Origin: Planctomycetia bacterium
GTDB taxonomy: Bacteria > Planctomycetota > Planctomycetia > Gemmatales > HRBIN36
Assembly: GCA_016795155.1 (NCBI GenBank)
Contig: JAEUIE010000044.1
Span: 188,224 to 252,223 of the forward strand
DNA: 64,000 bases
Reading direction: 5' to 3'
Positions 54,070-64,000 of the stretch are shown here, piece by piece. The translations under genes and the position numbers were made by a program. Below the pieces are notes generated by a model. The model ran no database searches and was not told where the DNA came from. It worked only from the letters and a program-made list of their open reading frames with translations. Each line of letters starts with the position of its first letter. Position 1 is the stretch's first letter.

Positions 54070-54290
54070 CGATGGGGCTTACTGTTTCAAATTCTTAACG
54101 ACACTCATCGTACAATCTCCAGTGGCGAGGTTCCACTTCTTCTTTCTATCGCGATTCGCTGACGTCAGAGTTACAACCTAGCCAATTGCAATTAGCCAAC
54201 ATCTGTCACTTTTACCAGTCGCATCCCATCTCAAGATCATTACAGTAAATTGGCAAGACTTCGCCCTGATCCACACCTGTATGTGACAGC

Positions 54291-54833
54291 ATGAAAGATG
54301 TATGGTTATTGTTTCTGGGCAGTGGGCTTTTCATGGCCATCCTCGGGCTCGTCATGTTTGCTTACGCAATTTTCAATGCAGTAACCATCATGTTGTTCCT
54401 GGGTGGTGGATTGATTATTGCTTCGGTTATTCAGCTTGCCAATAGCTGCTGGGCCCGCCCCTGGAAAGGATTTTCCTTCAGCATTATTCTTGGCATGGTT
54501 TACCTGATCACCGGACTTCTTCTGATTGAGTACCGTCTTCAGGCTTCCATGGCCTTAACACTGGTGGTAGCTGCGGGATTAATGATTGCAGGATCGGTGA
54601 AAATAATACTGTCAATAATTGAACACTGGGATGGCTGGATACTTTCACTCGTGAGCGGAGTACTCACCACTATTCTGGGCTTCAGCATCTGGCTTGAATG
54701 GCCTTTTCACGGGATCTGGGTAATTGGATGTTACCTGGGAGTGGAATTGATCTTGAGCGGATGTACCTGGATCAGGTTGGGTGCATCTCTTCATTGGTTA
54801 AAGTCATCGAATTTTCAATCAACAATCTCTTAA
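54291..54833 (+). CDS. HdeD/DUF308-family membrane protein
   Basis: 180 aa, six short TM hairpins with a repeating G-rich pattern typical of HdeD. Confidence 0.7.
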   Translation: MKDVWLLFLGSGLFMAILGLVMFAYAIFNAVTIMLFLGGGLIIASVIQLANSCWARPWKGFSFSIILGMVYLITGLLLIEYRLQASMALTLVVAAGLMIAGSVKIILSIIEHWDGWILSLVSGVLTTILGFSIWLEWPFHGIWVIGCYLGVELILSGCTWIRLGASLHWLKSSNFQSTIS

Positions 54834-54842
54834 CTGGGAGAA

Positions 54843-56243
54843 ATGATGAAAGTTACCATACTCGGCGCTGGTGGAGGAGAAGTAACAGGGTCTGCCTATT
54901 TACTGCAAACGAAAACCGCGAATGTGCTGATTGATTGTGGTATGTATCAGGGAGCCAGCAAGTCCGAAAACTACAGGAAAATGCCCAAATCAGAAAACGT
55001 CAAGAAACTCGACTGCGTGATCCTGACTCATGCCCATCTGGATCATACTGGTCGCTTGCCTCTTTTGACAAAACTGGGGTATCGTCATCCCATCTATGCA
55101 ACACCTGCTACCATTGAGTTAACCGAAGTCATTCTCAAAGATTCAGCAAGACTCCAGCGATCCGATGCTGAGCGTGAAAATCGCAAGCGCAAAAGATTCA
55201 ATGAGCCACCATTGGATCCGCTCTACTCTGAAGATGACGTTACTGCATTGAAACCATTGATGAAGACTCTGACCTACGACAAACCGACTGAGATTGCACC
55301 TGGTGTAACTGTTCGGGCTGTGGAAGCGGGTCACATGCTCGGGTCAGCTAGTCTGGAATTCACCGTGGAAGAAGCGGGAAAGAAACGTGTCATCATCTTC
55401 TCCGGAGATATTGGCCCGCGCGGCGCACCACTTCACCACGATCCTGTACCCTTCAAGCATGCTGATGTCGTTTTCATGGAATCCACCTATGGCGATCGCA
55501 ACCACAAATCGCTGAAAGACAGCGCCATCGAAGCCAGGGAAAACATCAAGCAGGTTGTCAAAGCCAGGGGGAAAATACTGGTTCCTGTTTTCGCAGTTGC
55601 CCGATCTCAGTTGATCATGTATCTCCTTGCAGGTGCGTTTCACAAAGGAACGCTCAAGCCATTCCCGATCTACATTGACAGCCCGATGGCTATCGAAGCC
55701 ACCAGAATTTACCGCAAGCATGTTGAACTGTTCGATGCCGAAGCACTGTCGATGCAAAAATCTGGTGATCTTCGCGCCAATCTGGAGTCTGTCGAATTCT
55801 GCAAAACGGCTGAAGAATCCAAGGCACTCAACGATGTTTCCGGCCCCTGCATGATACTGGCAGGCTCAGGCATGTGCACTGGCGGTCGCATCCTTCATCA
55901 CTTCAAGTACAACCTGGCCATTCCCGGCACACTCGTGATGATTGTTGGATTCCAGTCACATGGATCACTGGGCCGGATGCTGGTGGATGGTGCGAAACAC
56001 GTCACCATATTTGGTGAACGAATTCCCGTCAGGGCAAAAGTGATCACACTCAATGGCATGAGTGGCCACGCTGGTCAGAAAGATCTGATGAACTGGTATG
56101 ATTCTCTTGCAAGTTCCCGCCCACGCACGATATTGACACATGGTGAAAACAAGGCCCGAACCGCACTTGCCAGGTTGATTCGCGAAAAGCACCAAGTCAA
56201 AGCCGAGTTGCCTGAACTAGGTGATGTCATTGAAATCGACTGA
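54843..56243 (+). CDS. MBL-fold beta-CASP ribonuclease (RNA-specificity domain family)
   Basis: 466 aa. HAHLDHTG (HxHxDH), beta-CASP motifs, C-terminal THGE. Confidence 0.85.
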   Translation: MMKVTILGAGGGEVTGSAYLLQTKTANVLIDCGMYQGASKSENYRKMPKSENVKKLDCVILTHAHLDHTGRLPLLTKLGYRHPIYATPATIELTEVILKDSARLQRSDAERENRKRKRFNEPPLDPLYSEDDVTALKPLMKTLTYDKPTEIAPGVTVRAVEAGHMLGSASLEFTVEEAGKKRVIIFSGDIGPRGAPLHHDPVPFKHADVVFMESTYGDRNHKSLKDSAIEARENIKQVVKARGKILVPVFAVARSQLIMYLLAGAFHKGTLKPFPIYIDSPMAIEATRIYRKHVELFDAEALSMQKSGDLRANLESVEFCKTAEESKALNDVSGPCMILAGSGMCTGGRILHHFKYNLAIPGTLVMIVGFQSHGSLGRMLVDGAKHVTIFGERIPVRAKVITLNGMSGHAGQKDLMNWYDSLASSRPRTILTHGENKARTALARLIREKHQVKAELPELGDVIEID

Positions 56244-56301
56244 GTTGCAGAATCGACTTTGTGAGCATAAAGACTACTGAAGATCAGATCAGGGAGACAT
56301 C

Positions 56302-57249
56302 ATGAAAGTAGGCGTGGTAGGCAGTGGCTTCGTAGGTTCAACCGCAGCCTATGCATTGGTAATGAGAGGTGTGGGGCGTGAGGTGATCCTGGTCGATAAG
56401 AACATGGATCGTGCGCGTGCCGAAGCCGACGACATCCGGCATGCTGTCCCCTTTGCCAAACCGTTGACCGTGCAGGCTGGAAATTATGATGCTTTAACTG
56501 GCGCGAAAGTAGTGCTTCTCTGTGCCGGTGTGAATCAAAAACCGGGAGAGACCCGTTTACAATTGCTCCAACGCAATGCCGCAGTGTTTGCCGAAGTCGT
56601 GCCACAGGTGTTGAAGTTTGCGCCGGAAACTGTGCTGGTAGTAGCTACCAATCCTGTGGATATCATGACAAACCTGGCGGCCTGCTATGCTGCACGCTGT
56701 GGCATACCTGCCGCGCGTGTTCTGGGGTCAGGTACTACATTGGATACCGCACGCTTTCGTAGCCTGCTCGGAACACATTGTGGAATCGACTCACATCATG
56801 TGCATGCTCATGTCATCGGTGAGCATGGCGACTCCGAAGTTCTGACCTGGTCACTGGCCAGCGTAGCAGGTATGCCTCTGAAAAACTTTGTACAAATGCG
56901 AGGTATCGATCTATCGGATGAAATTCAGGCATCGATCGATCAACAGGTTCGCCGTGCCGCCTACTCCATCATTCAGGGCAAAGGGGCGACATATTATGGC
57001 ATTGGCAGCGCCTTGGCCCGCCTGGTGGAAGTGATACTTCACAATCAGCGTTCTGTACTCACCATCTGCACACCAACGAATGACATAGAAGGCGTTCGAA
57101 ACACCACGGTTTCCTTACCCAGACTTCTGGGTGGAGATGGAGTTCTTGCCACCTTCCCGCTACCATTGACTGATCATGAAACAGCCCAATTGCGAAACAG
57201 TGCACAGATCATCCGCAACGCTCTCGATGAACTCCAGGTAGAACCATAG
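56302..57249 (+). CDS. ldh: L-lactate dehydrogenase
   Basis: 315 aa. [11 protein letters not shown] motif, substrate loop [14 protein letters not shown] (Gln = lactate type), catalytic IGEHGDS. Confidence 0.88.
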   Translation: MKVGVVGSGFVGSTAAYALVMRGVGREVILVDKNMDRARAEADDIRHAVPFAKPLTVQAGNYDALTGAKVVLLCAGVNQKPGETRLQLLQRNAAVFAEVVPQVLKFAPETVLVVATNPVDIMTNLAACYAARCGIPAARVLGSGTTLDTARFRSLLGTHCGIDSHHVHAHVIGEHGDSEVLTWSLASVAGMPLKNFVQMRGIDLSDEIQASIDQQVRRAAYSIIQGKGATYYGIGSALARLVEVILHNQRSVLTICTPTNDIEGVRNTTVSLPRLLGGDGVLATFPLPLTDHETAQLRNSAQIIRNALDELQVEP

Positions 57250-57296
57250 TTATCACAGTATCGGCTTGAGTGGATTCAACGCGGGAGGCCATAAGC

Positions 57297-58373
57297 ATGA
57301 AGATCGGTGTCGTTACCGGAGGTGGTGATTGCCCCGGCTTGAATGCGGTGATTCGTGCCGTGGTAAAAGCTACCCGGCATCACGGATGGGAAGCACTTGG
57401 CATCATTGGTGGCTATGAAGGGTTGCTCAAGCCCTGGAAAACTATCCCCCTTTCTCAAGAGCAATTGGACGGACTGCTTATCCGTGGTGGAACGATTCTG
57501 GGCACCGCCAATCGTGGTCGATTTTCCGCCAAAGTAGGCCATGGCGACTTCCGGCGTCTACCTTTCGAACTACTTGCAGAAGTGAAAGAATCGATGAATG
57601 AACTGGGGCTTCATGCTCTCGTGTCCATTGGTGGTGATGGATCACTGAGCATTGCCCAGCAGATGCATGAGTTTGGCATCCCCATTGTGGGGGTGCCCAA
57701 GACTATTGATAACGACCTGCAAGGCACCGTGATGACTTTTGGGTTTGATTCCGCCGTTGCCTGCGCCACCGATGCTCTCGACCGGTTACACTCGACGGCA
57801 GAAAGTCACAAACGCGTTATCGTTCTGGAAGTCATGGGTAGATATGCAGGCTGGATAGCTCTCTTCGCCGGAGTGGCCGGTGGGGCAGACGTCATTCTGA
57901 TTCCAGAAATTCCATTCAGTTATGAAAGCATCTGCAGGAAGATTGAAGAACGAGAGCAGCAAGGCAAGCATTTCACCCTGGTTATTGTTGCCGAGGGTGC
58001 ACGGGAGAAAGATGGAGAAATGGTGACCAGCGCAGCCCAGCAGAAAGATCGGGAAGCCAGGCTGGGTGGCATCGGCGCTGTGGTGACCGCTGAACTCGAA
58101 AAACGGACAGGCAAAGAATGCAGGAACTGCGTACTGGGACACCTGCAGCGTGGAGGAACACCCACAGCATTCGACCGTGCTCTGTGCTCCATTTTCGGTG
58201 CGGAAGCAGTAGAACTCATTGCCCACGGACAATTCGGAAAAATGGTCTCTTACCAGGGCTCGCATGTCGGTGCAGTTGACTTGACTGAAGCTGTAGGCAC
58301 GCTCAAGACTGTTAAGCAGGATGGAAGCCTCGCTACCACAGCCCGAGCCATTGGAATCTGTCTTGGCGATTAA
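57297..58373 (+). CDS. pfkA: 6-phosphofructokinase (phosphoryl donor uncertain)
   Basis: MKIGVVTGGGDCPGLNAVIR, SIGGDGS, PKTIDND, MGR motifs. ATG at 57297 with GGGAGG upstream is preferred over the GTG at 57270. Confidence 0.88.
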   Translation: MKIGVVTGGGDCPGLNAVIRAVVKATRHHGWEALGIIGGYEGLLKPWKTIPLSQEQLDGLLIRGGTILGTANRGRFSAKVGHGDFRRLPFELLAEVKESMNELGLHALVSIGGDGSLSIAQQMHEFGIPIVGVPKTIDNDLQGTVMTFGFDSAVACATDALDRLHSTAESHKRVIVLEVMGRYAGWIALFAGVAGGADVILIPEIPFSYESICRKIEEREQQGKHFTLVIVAEGAREKDGEMVTSAAQQKDREARLGGIGAVVTAELEKRTGKECRNCVLGHLQRGGTPTAFDRALCSIFGAEAVELIAHGQFGKMVSYQGSHVGAVDLTEAVGTLKTVKQDGSLATTARAIGICLGD

Positions 58374-58399
58374 CCAAATCAGAATGCCGGGAGTGAGAC

Positions 58400-59260
58400 G
58401 TGGAGTTCATGCAGTTGATCATCAAACTTCTCGTTGTGGTGTTTGTCACTACCAGCATGGCAACACTGGGCTTGACTCTGCATACACGGGAAATCGTTGG
58501 TCCTTGGCGCAGATTCAACCTCGTTCTCAGTTTGCTGTTCTCCAACCTGGTGCTGGTACCTGCTATTGCCTATTGCTTTACCAAAGTCTTCGTTTTGGAC
58601 GAAACGTTTGAAACAGGTTTATTATTACTGGGCATGGCAGCAGGCGCTCCGTTTGTACCCAAGCTGATCGAAGTGGCACGAGCTGATATGGCACTGGCAG
58701 TCAGCATGATGTTGCTTCAGGTACTTGGCACTATCATCGTCTTACCGCTCATACTACCGCGATTTATACCAGGTGTTCAGGCAAATGCACTGCAGATTGC
58801 AACTCCATTGATATTGCAGATGCTTCTGCCTTTGATTGCCGGGCTGGTATTCCGGCACTTCGCTCCAACCTGGGCGAAAAGAATCAATCCGCCGCTCATG
58901 CTGATTTCTCAACTCTCTGCACTAATCGTGCTGATAGCGCTCTTTGTCATTAATTTCCAAAGCATGACGGCGATGCTGGGAAGCGGCGCCTTGCTGGCAT
59001 CACTCTGCTTTGTGATAGTTGCCATGCTGGTGGGGTATTTCACCAGCTTCGCGAATGGTGAATCATCTGTCGTACAGACCATTGCAACAGGTCAGCGCAA
59101 CATACCAGCAGCTCTGGTTGTTGCCTCCAACAACCCATTGCCTAGAGATATTGTCGGCATGCTGATGCTGACAACCTTCGTTGGGCTGATACCGATTGTA
59201 GGCTATGCGATATTCTGCGGACATACAGGAACCAAACGCAAGACCTCATCTGATTCCTAA
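58400..59260 (+). CDS. Bile acid:sodium symporter (BASS)-family transporter
   Basis: 286 aa, ~8-9 TM, layout and GAPF/QRN segments compatible with the SBF family. GTG start at 58400 or ATG at 58409. Confidence 0.6.
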   Translation: MEFMQLIIKLLVVVFVTTSMATLGLTLHTREIVGPWRRFNLVLSLLFSNLVLVPAIAYCFTKVFVLDETFETGLLLLGMAAGAPFVPKLIEVARADMALAVSMMLLQVLGTIIVLPLILPRFIPGVQANALQIATPLILQMLLPLIAGLVFRHFAPTWAKRINPPLMLISQLSALIVLIALFVINFQSMTAMLGSGALLASLCFVIVAMLVGYFTSFANGESSVVQTIATGQRNIPAALVVASNNPLPRDIVGMLMLTTFVGLIPIVGYAIFCGHTGTKRKTSSDS

Positions 59261-59279
59261 CCTGCCTGGAGTACATGTC

Positions 59280-59996
59280 ATGAACCAGACCGAAGCCCGA
59301 AATGCCGACCCCATCAGTCTGGCTGATGAAGAGAATGTCAAACGGGTGCTGGTGGAATCGGTGATGGGTTTGTGGGATGTCGTTAATAACCTGACACGCC
59401 TGAAACCTTCTAAACGAGACCGATATCGTGTGACCATCTTCGGGTCTGCCCGCATCAAACCAGGTAGTTTTGGCTACGAAGCGACCAAAGAAGTATCAGC
59501 AGCTCTGGCAGAAATGGGATGCGACATCATTACCGGCGGCGGCCCAGGGCTGATGCAGGCTGCCAACGAAGGCGCCTCACGCGTGCAAGGCAAAGTGCAG
59601 TCGATGGGTATTCGAGTCGATCTGCCTTTCGAACAGGAAGTCAATTCCTTTGTCAGTCATGCCTTTGAGCATCGAACATTTTTCACCAGGTTGCATCAGT
59701 TTGTGTTGGCATCTGATGCGTTTGTCGTTGCACCCGGTGGCATCGGCACCGTGCTCGAAGCCATGATGATCTGGCAACTCATCCAAGTGCATCATTTGAA
59801 GGATTGCCCATTTCTACTTGTTGGCAAGATGTGGGAAGGATTGGTGCAATGGGTACGTGAATCCATGCTGACCACCGATCCACCACTAGCCAATGTGGAG
59901 GATATGAATATTCCCCAGTGTGTGACCGGTGCTGCCAAGGTCATTGAAATCATCCAATTGCACCGTGCTCAATGGCTGGCTCGACAGAAAAAATGA
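59280..59996 (+). CDS. LOG-family (TIGR00730) nucleotide hydrolase
   Basis: GGGPGLMQAANEGA and PGGIGTVLE motifs. ATG at 59280 avoids the 56-nt overlap of the track start 59205. Confidence 0.8.
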   Translation: MNQTEARNADPISLADEENVKRVLVESVMGLWDVVNNLTRLKPSKRDRYRVTIFGSARIKPGSFGYEATKEVSAALAEMGCDIITGGGPGLMQAANEGASRVQGKVQSMGIRVDLPFEQEVNSFVSHAFEHRTFFTRLHQFVLASDAFVVAPGGIGTVLEAMMIWQLIQVHHLKDCPFLLVGKMWEGLVQWVRESMLTTDPPLANVEDMNIPQCVTGAAKVIEIIQLHRAQWLARQKK

Positions 59997-60035
59997 TTCT
60001 GGTATCGTGATAACCAATTAGTTGGGAAAAGAGTA

Positions 60036-61352
60036 ATGTGGCAATTGCAGTATCGTTGGAAAAAGATCATCAACCAGTCATTCTGGCTGCTTCCAGCCAT
60101 GTGCATGGTGCTGGCGGTTATTATCGCCATGACGACTCGCTGGCTTGATCATCAGCACACGTTCAGGCTCTTTAATTATTCAACTGATGGTGCGCGCACT
60201 TTGCTCAACAGCCTGACAGGATCACTGCTGACTTTCCTGGTCTTTGTCATCTCTTCAATGCTGCTGATTGTACAGTTGGCCAGTTCCCAACTGACTCCCC
60301 GTATCATCGCCATGGCGTTTACCACACGCTATACACAGTTCACTCTTTGTTTATTTGTTTTCACCTACACGTTCAGCCTGGCGACGCTCGTGCGAATCGA
60401 CGATCACGTGCCTCAGTTGAGCGTGGGGCTGTCCGTTCTCTGCACGCTGTTAAGCATCGTAGTGTTTTTCTGGTTTGCGCAGAAACTGGGAACGTCACTG
60501 CGGCCCGTCTCGATTGTCCAGGCGGTCTGTGAAGCGACCCGGCGTGTGATTGATGAAGTCTATCCGGTGAAATTCAGTCCACCTGTTGTCAGTGGAAGAA
60601 GTGCGTGGAAGAATCAGATCGTACACGAAACATCATCCATTGTTCCATACCGGTATATTTCCGGCGTACTGGTTGCATTTGATATTGCACGTCTGGTCCA
60701 GTTGGCTCAACAGGCCAACTGCACAATTGAACTCATTCCCCAGGTAGGCGACTTTGTCTCCAAGGATGATCCACTCTGCCGCATCTATCCCGAAAATGCT
60801 TCGCTTGATACTGCCAGTCTGCAGCAGGCCGTGATCGTCGGGTCGGAACGAACCATCGAACTCGATCCCATGTTTGGCTTCCGCATTATGGTGGATATCG
60901 CATCACGGGCATTGTCCGCAGCCATCAACGACCCGACCACAGCGGTGATGGCTATTGACCAGCTTCACCGACTATTGCGATATGTAGGTAAGCGTCAACT
61001 TTCAGATGGCACTGTGGTCGATTCGCAAGGCAAATTGCGACTGGTCTATCCGACCCCCAACTGGGAAGACTTCACCAGCATGGCGGTAAGTGAAATCCGT
61101 CAGTTCGGCATCAGCAGCATCCAGATACCGCGCCGATTGCGTGCCATGCTGGAACATCTGCTGACGATTATGCCGGAGGAACGCAAGCCGGCCCTGCGGG
61201 AAGAACTGGAACTACTCAAGCAGGCTGTGTACCTGGCATATCCGATCGGAATGAATCGCACGCGAGCTGAAACCAGTGATCTGCAGGGAATAGGCGGATC
61301 AGCAGGAGTACGCATCACTGAGGAGGAAGGAACTTCTCAGGATAATGCCTAG
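60036..61352 (+). CDS. DUF2254-family membrane protein
   Basis: 438 aa. Four N-terminal TM helices then a soluble domain. Overall pattern matches DUF2254 by eye. Confidence 0.6.
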   Translation: MWQLQYRWKKIINQSFWLLPAMCMVLAVIIAMTTRWLDHQHTFRLFNYSTDGARTLLNSLTGSLLTFLVFVISSMLLIVQLASSQLTPRIIAMAFTTRYTQFTLCLFVFTYTFSLATLVRIDDHVPQLSVGLSVLCTLLSIVVFFWFAQKLGTSLRPVSIVQAVCEATRRVIDEVYPVKFSPPVVSGRSAWKNQIVHETSSIVPYRYISGVLVAFDIARLVQLAQQANCTIELIPQVGDFVSKDDPLCRIYPENASLDTASLQQAVIVGSERTIELDPMFGFRIMVDIASRALSAAINDPTTAVMAIDQLHRLLRYVGKRQLSDGTVVDSQGKLRLVYPTPNWEDFTSMAVSEIRQFGISSIQIPRRLRAMLEHLLTIMPEERKPALREELELLKQAVYLAYPIGMNRTRAETSDLQGIGGSAGVRITEEEGTSQDNA

Positions 61353-62170
61353 TACCGAAGCTTCACGTACTTCCGGTGTTCCAGAGTAGCTTGATCGTCG
61401 TATTCATGCTTGTCTGACCGCTTGGGCAGCTTGACTTTCTCCCGTTTGACTTCCTTGTAGGGAATCATGCTGAGAATATGAGCTATACAGTTGAGTCGCG
61501 CACGTTTCTTGTCGTCAGAACGCAGGATATGCCATGGAGCATGTACCGAGTCGGTAGCGTCCAGCATCATGTCTCGCGCTTTGGAATATTCGTACCATTT
61601 GCTTCGCGACGGCAAATCCATCGGGCTTAATTTCCACTGGCGAACGGGATCGTTGATGCGTGCTTCGAATCTCCTTTTCTGTTCTTCATCACTCACTTCC
61701 AGCCATACTTTGATCAACTGTATACCGCCATCGACCATGAACTTTTCAACAACGGGGCATAATTCGAGAAATCGCTTATGTTGCTCTTTCGAACAGAACC
61801 CCATGACATACTCCACGCCGGCACGGTTGTACCAGCTTCGATCAAAAATGACGATTTCACCCGCCGCAGGCAGGTGGGCCATATACCGCTGTATGTAGAG
61901 TTGGGATTTCTCCCGGTCTGAAGGCGCTGGCAAGGCGACAGTCCGAAATACTCGCGGACTTACCCGTTCAGTAATGGCCTTGATGGTTCCACCTTTGCCG
62001 GCCGCATCGCGACCTTCGAAGATGATGACCACACGAAGTCCTTCTTGTTTGACCCATTCCTGTAATGTGCATAACTCGGCCTGCAGCTTGCGCAATTCCT
62101 TCTCGTAGGCTTTCCTTTTGAGTTTGCCGTTGTCATTTTCTTTGACCTTCTCTTTGTCTTTGTTCGACAT
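61349..62170 (-). CDS. ppk2: Polyphosphate kinase 2 (single-domain)
   Basis: 273 aa. Walker A FEGRDAAGKGG, DRSWYNR, lid region. N-terminal Lys-rich tail. Confidence 0.9.
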   Translation of the reverse strand: MSNKDKEKVKENDNGKLKRKAYEKELRKLQAELCTLQEWVKQEGLRVVIIFEGRDAAGKGGTIKAITERVSPRVFRTVALPAPSDREKSQLYIQRYMAHLPAAGEIVIFDRSWYNRAGVEYVMGFCSKEQHKRFLELCPVVEKFMVDGGIQLIKVWLEVSDEEQKRRFEARINDPVRQWKLSPMDLPSRSKWYEYSKARDMMLDATDSVHAPWHILRSDDKKRARLNCIAHILSMIPYKEVKREKVKLPKRSDKHEYDDQATLEHRKYVKLRY

Positions 62171-62214
62171 GGTTACTGTCTCGTTTTGGGTTGTTCCATG
62201 CAGGATGCCGAGAA

Positions 62215-64000
62215 TTAATGAGACTTCTTGTCTGTTTCAGAACTCGTTGGTTTGTCTGCTGGTACGACTGCAGCTTTGCCCTTGCCAAAGGAGAAAAGAC
62301 TGCCAAGTGCTTCCACGACAAAGTAGAAGATCGGAGTCAGGAAGATTCCGAACACAGTAACGCCGAGCATTCCCGCAAAGACGGCAATACCCAGCGTGGT
62401 GCGCATCTCAGCACCAGCACCTTTGGCAATCGCCAGGGGAACCACACCAAGGATGAACGCAAAGCTGGTCATCAGGATCGGTCGCAGTCGCAGACGGCTC
62501 GCTTCCACTGCTGATTTGAATGCCGTCTCTCCCTTGGCCCGCTCTTCCTTGGCAAATTCTACGATCAAAATGGCATTCTTGGCAGCCAGGCCCACCAGCA
62601 CCACCAGACCGATCTGCACGAAGATATTCAGATCAAGATGAGCCAGTCGGACACCAATCACTGAACACAACAAACACATTGGCACAACCAGGATGATAGC
62701 CAAAGGCAGTTTGAGACTTTCATACTGAGCCGCCAGGAGCAGATAAACCAATAACACCGATAGGGCAAACACGATGATAGCCGTGTTACCTGCGAGAATC
62801 TGCATGTAGGTCAGTTCAGTCCACTGGTAGTCCATTCCCTGAGGCAAGGTTTTATCTGCCACTCCTTCGACAGAACTTATCATCTGACCAGAACTGGTGC
62901 CCGGCAGCGAATTACCATTGATGGCAGCAGCGGTCACACCGTTGTAACGGGTCACCATCACCGGACCGCCAATCGGACGTACATCGACCAGCGTTCCCAG
63001 CGGAACAATGCCCCCTTCACTATTGCGAACCTTGAGTTGCTTGATGTCATCGGGAGTCAGCCGACGTGTCGGATCAGCCTGCAGATTCACCTGCCAGGTT
63101 CTGCCAAACAGGTTGAAATCGTTGGTGTAGTAACCACCGAGATAGACCTGCAAGGTCAAGAAGACATCATTGAGCTGCACGCCCTTGGATTTACATTTAT
63201 CACGATCGACATCAACATAAAACTGCGGGGTGTTGGAACGGAAGGGCGTAAAGAGTCCCACCAGTCCAGGTGTCTGATTCCCCTGACTGGCAACTTCATC
63301 AGCAGCAGACTGAAGGGAGTCCAGTCCCTGATCCGCTCGATCCCGTACCATCAACTTGAAACCGCCGGCACTGCCCAGACCATCTACCGGCGGCGGACCG
63401 AAGACGGAAATGGATGCATCCTGGATGCGACGATAAAATTCCGCACGCAATTTTGCCGCGATGACAGGTCCTGATTTCTCCTTGTCATGCCGATGTTCAA
63501 ATTCTTCCAGAATGACGTACATCGTTCCGAAATTGGAACCATTGGCGTTTTGAATCGCAGAAGTTCCCTGGTTATTCAGTGTGTGGGCAACACCTGGGAT
63601 TCCGGGGTAATTGGATAGGTCGTTCTTGTCGCCTCGCGCGATCTTGTCCATTTCCGCCATCACTGCATAAGTTCGTTCCAGAGAGGCAGCATCAGGAAGT
63701 TGCACATTCACGACAAGATATCCCTTATCCTGCTCAGGAATGAAACCAACCGGGGTCGTCACGAAACCTCGGTAGGTAAGCCAGAGCAAGCCGCCATACA
63801 CTATGAGTCCAATCACAGCAAGCCGCAGGAACCAGCCTACAATCCAGGCGTAACCGTTCGTACCGACAGTAAACATTTTGTTGAAGAGAAAGAAAAACCA
63901 GCCCAGCGACAAGTTCATCGTTCGCGTAATGGGATCTTTCTGTTCTGCTTTGGGTGCTAACAGCAAGGCACATAATGCCGGGCTGAGTGTCAGCGAGTTC
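62215..64000 (-). CDS. RND (AcrB/HAE1-type) efflux permease, C-terminal ~595 aa; 5' part lies beyond the window
   Basis: The frame stays open to the window edge (..NSLTLSPALCALLLAPK.. precedes the track start). Periplasmic porter/docking segments and TM7-12 are recognisable. Confidence 0.88.
   Translation of the reverse strand, partial: NSLTLSPALCALLLAPKAEQKDPITRTMNLSLGWFFFLFNKMFTVGTNGYAWIVGWFLRLAVIGLIVYGGLLWLTYRGFVTTPVGFIPEQDKGYLVVNVQLPDAASLERTYAVMAEMDKIARGDKNDLSNYPGIPGVAHTLNNQGTSAIQNANGSNFGTMYVILEEFEHRHDKEKSGPVIAAKLRAEFYRRIQDASISVFGPPPVDGLGSAGGFKLMVRDRADQGLDSLQSAADEVASQGNQTPGLVGLFTPFRSNTPQFYVDVDRDKCKSKGVQLNDVFLTLQVYLGGYYTNDFNLFGRTWQVNLQADPTRRLTPDDIKQLKVRNSEGGIVPLGTLVDVRPIGGPVMVTRYNGVTAAAINGNSLPGTSSGQMISSVEGVADKTLPQGMDYQWTELTYMQILAGNTAIIVFALSVLLVYLLLAAQYESLKLPLAIILVVPMCLLCSVIGVRLAHLDLNIFVQIGLVVLVGLAAKNAILIVEFAKEERAKGETAFKSAVEASRLRLRPILMTSFAFILGVVPLAIAKGAGAEMRTTLGIAVFAGMLGVTVFGIFLTPIFYFVVEALGSLFSFGKGKAAVVPADKPTSSETDKKSH

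Overview
Dense chromosomal window with about 58 protein genes, one tRNA and no rRNA. By eye GC is near 50%. The gene content suggests a Planctomycetota-type genome (inference): a fused ccoNO, a membrane Ser/Thr kinase, an exosortase-EpsI fusion, a BatA-like vWA protein, GGGTGAGGGG-type palindromic intergenic repeats and weak Shine-Dalgarno use. Left to right the window holds: a Ser/Thr kinase with a CXXC-less thioredoxin-fold ectodomain; purN-larB; a dtd-ribE-phosphoesterase operon; pepT; an exosortase/EPS-type locus (exosortase-EpsI, hydrolase, aat, Wzx-like flippase, tsaE, ABC-2 exporter, two GT2 genes); a TolC-HlyD-FtsX efflux operon; a BatA-like vWA protein; an Hsp70 paralog; an SDR; tRNA-Ala(GGC); an isochorismatase-family gene; a PAC2-family gene; a complete cbb3 oxidase cluster (ccoNO, ccoQ-like, ccoP, ccoG, fixH, tauE-like, ccoI, ccoS); a glycoside-hydrolase cluster (GH13, esterase, lipoprotein, GH63-like); a NarL-type two-component system; hdeD; a beta-CASP RNase; ldh; pfk; a BASS transporter; LOG; DUF2254; ppk2; and a truncated AcrB-type RND pump. 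The most coherent candidate system sits directly upstream of the cbb3 cluster on the same strand. It comprises a soluble globin-coupled histidine kinase, a stand-alone receiver and a sigma54 enhancer-binding protein. A near-consensus -24/-12 promoter (TGGTAC-N5-TTGCT) lies in the 123-bp gap before ccoNO. This predicts a heme-globin O2 sensor driving sigma54-dependent expression of the high-affinity oxidase. I saw no CRISPR array, transposase, integrase, prophage or recognisable defence system. All calls rest on motif recognition by eye in the supplied translations and sequence; no searches were run.
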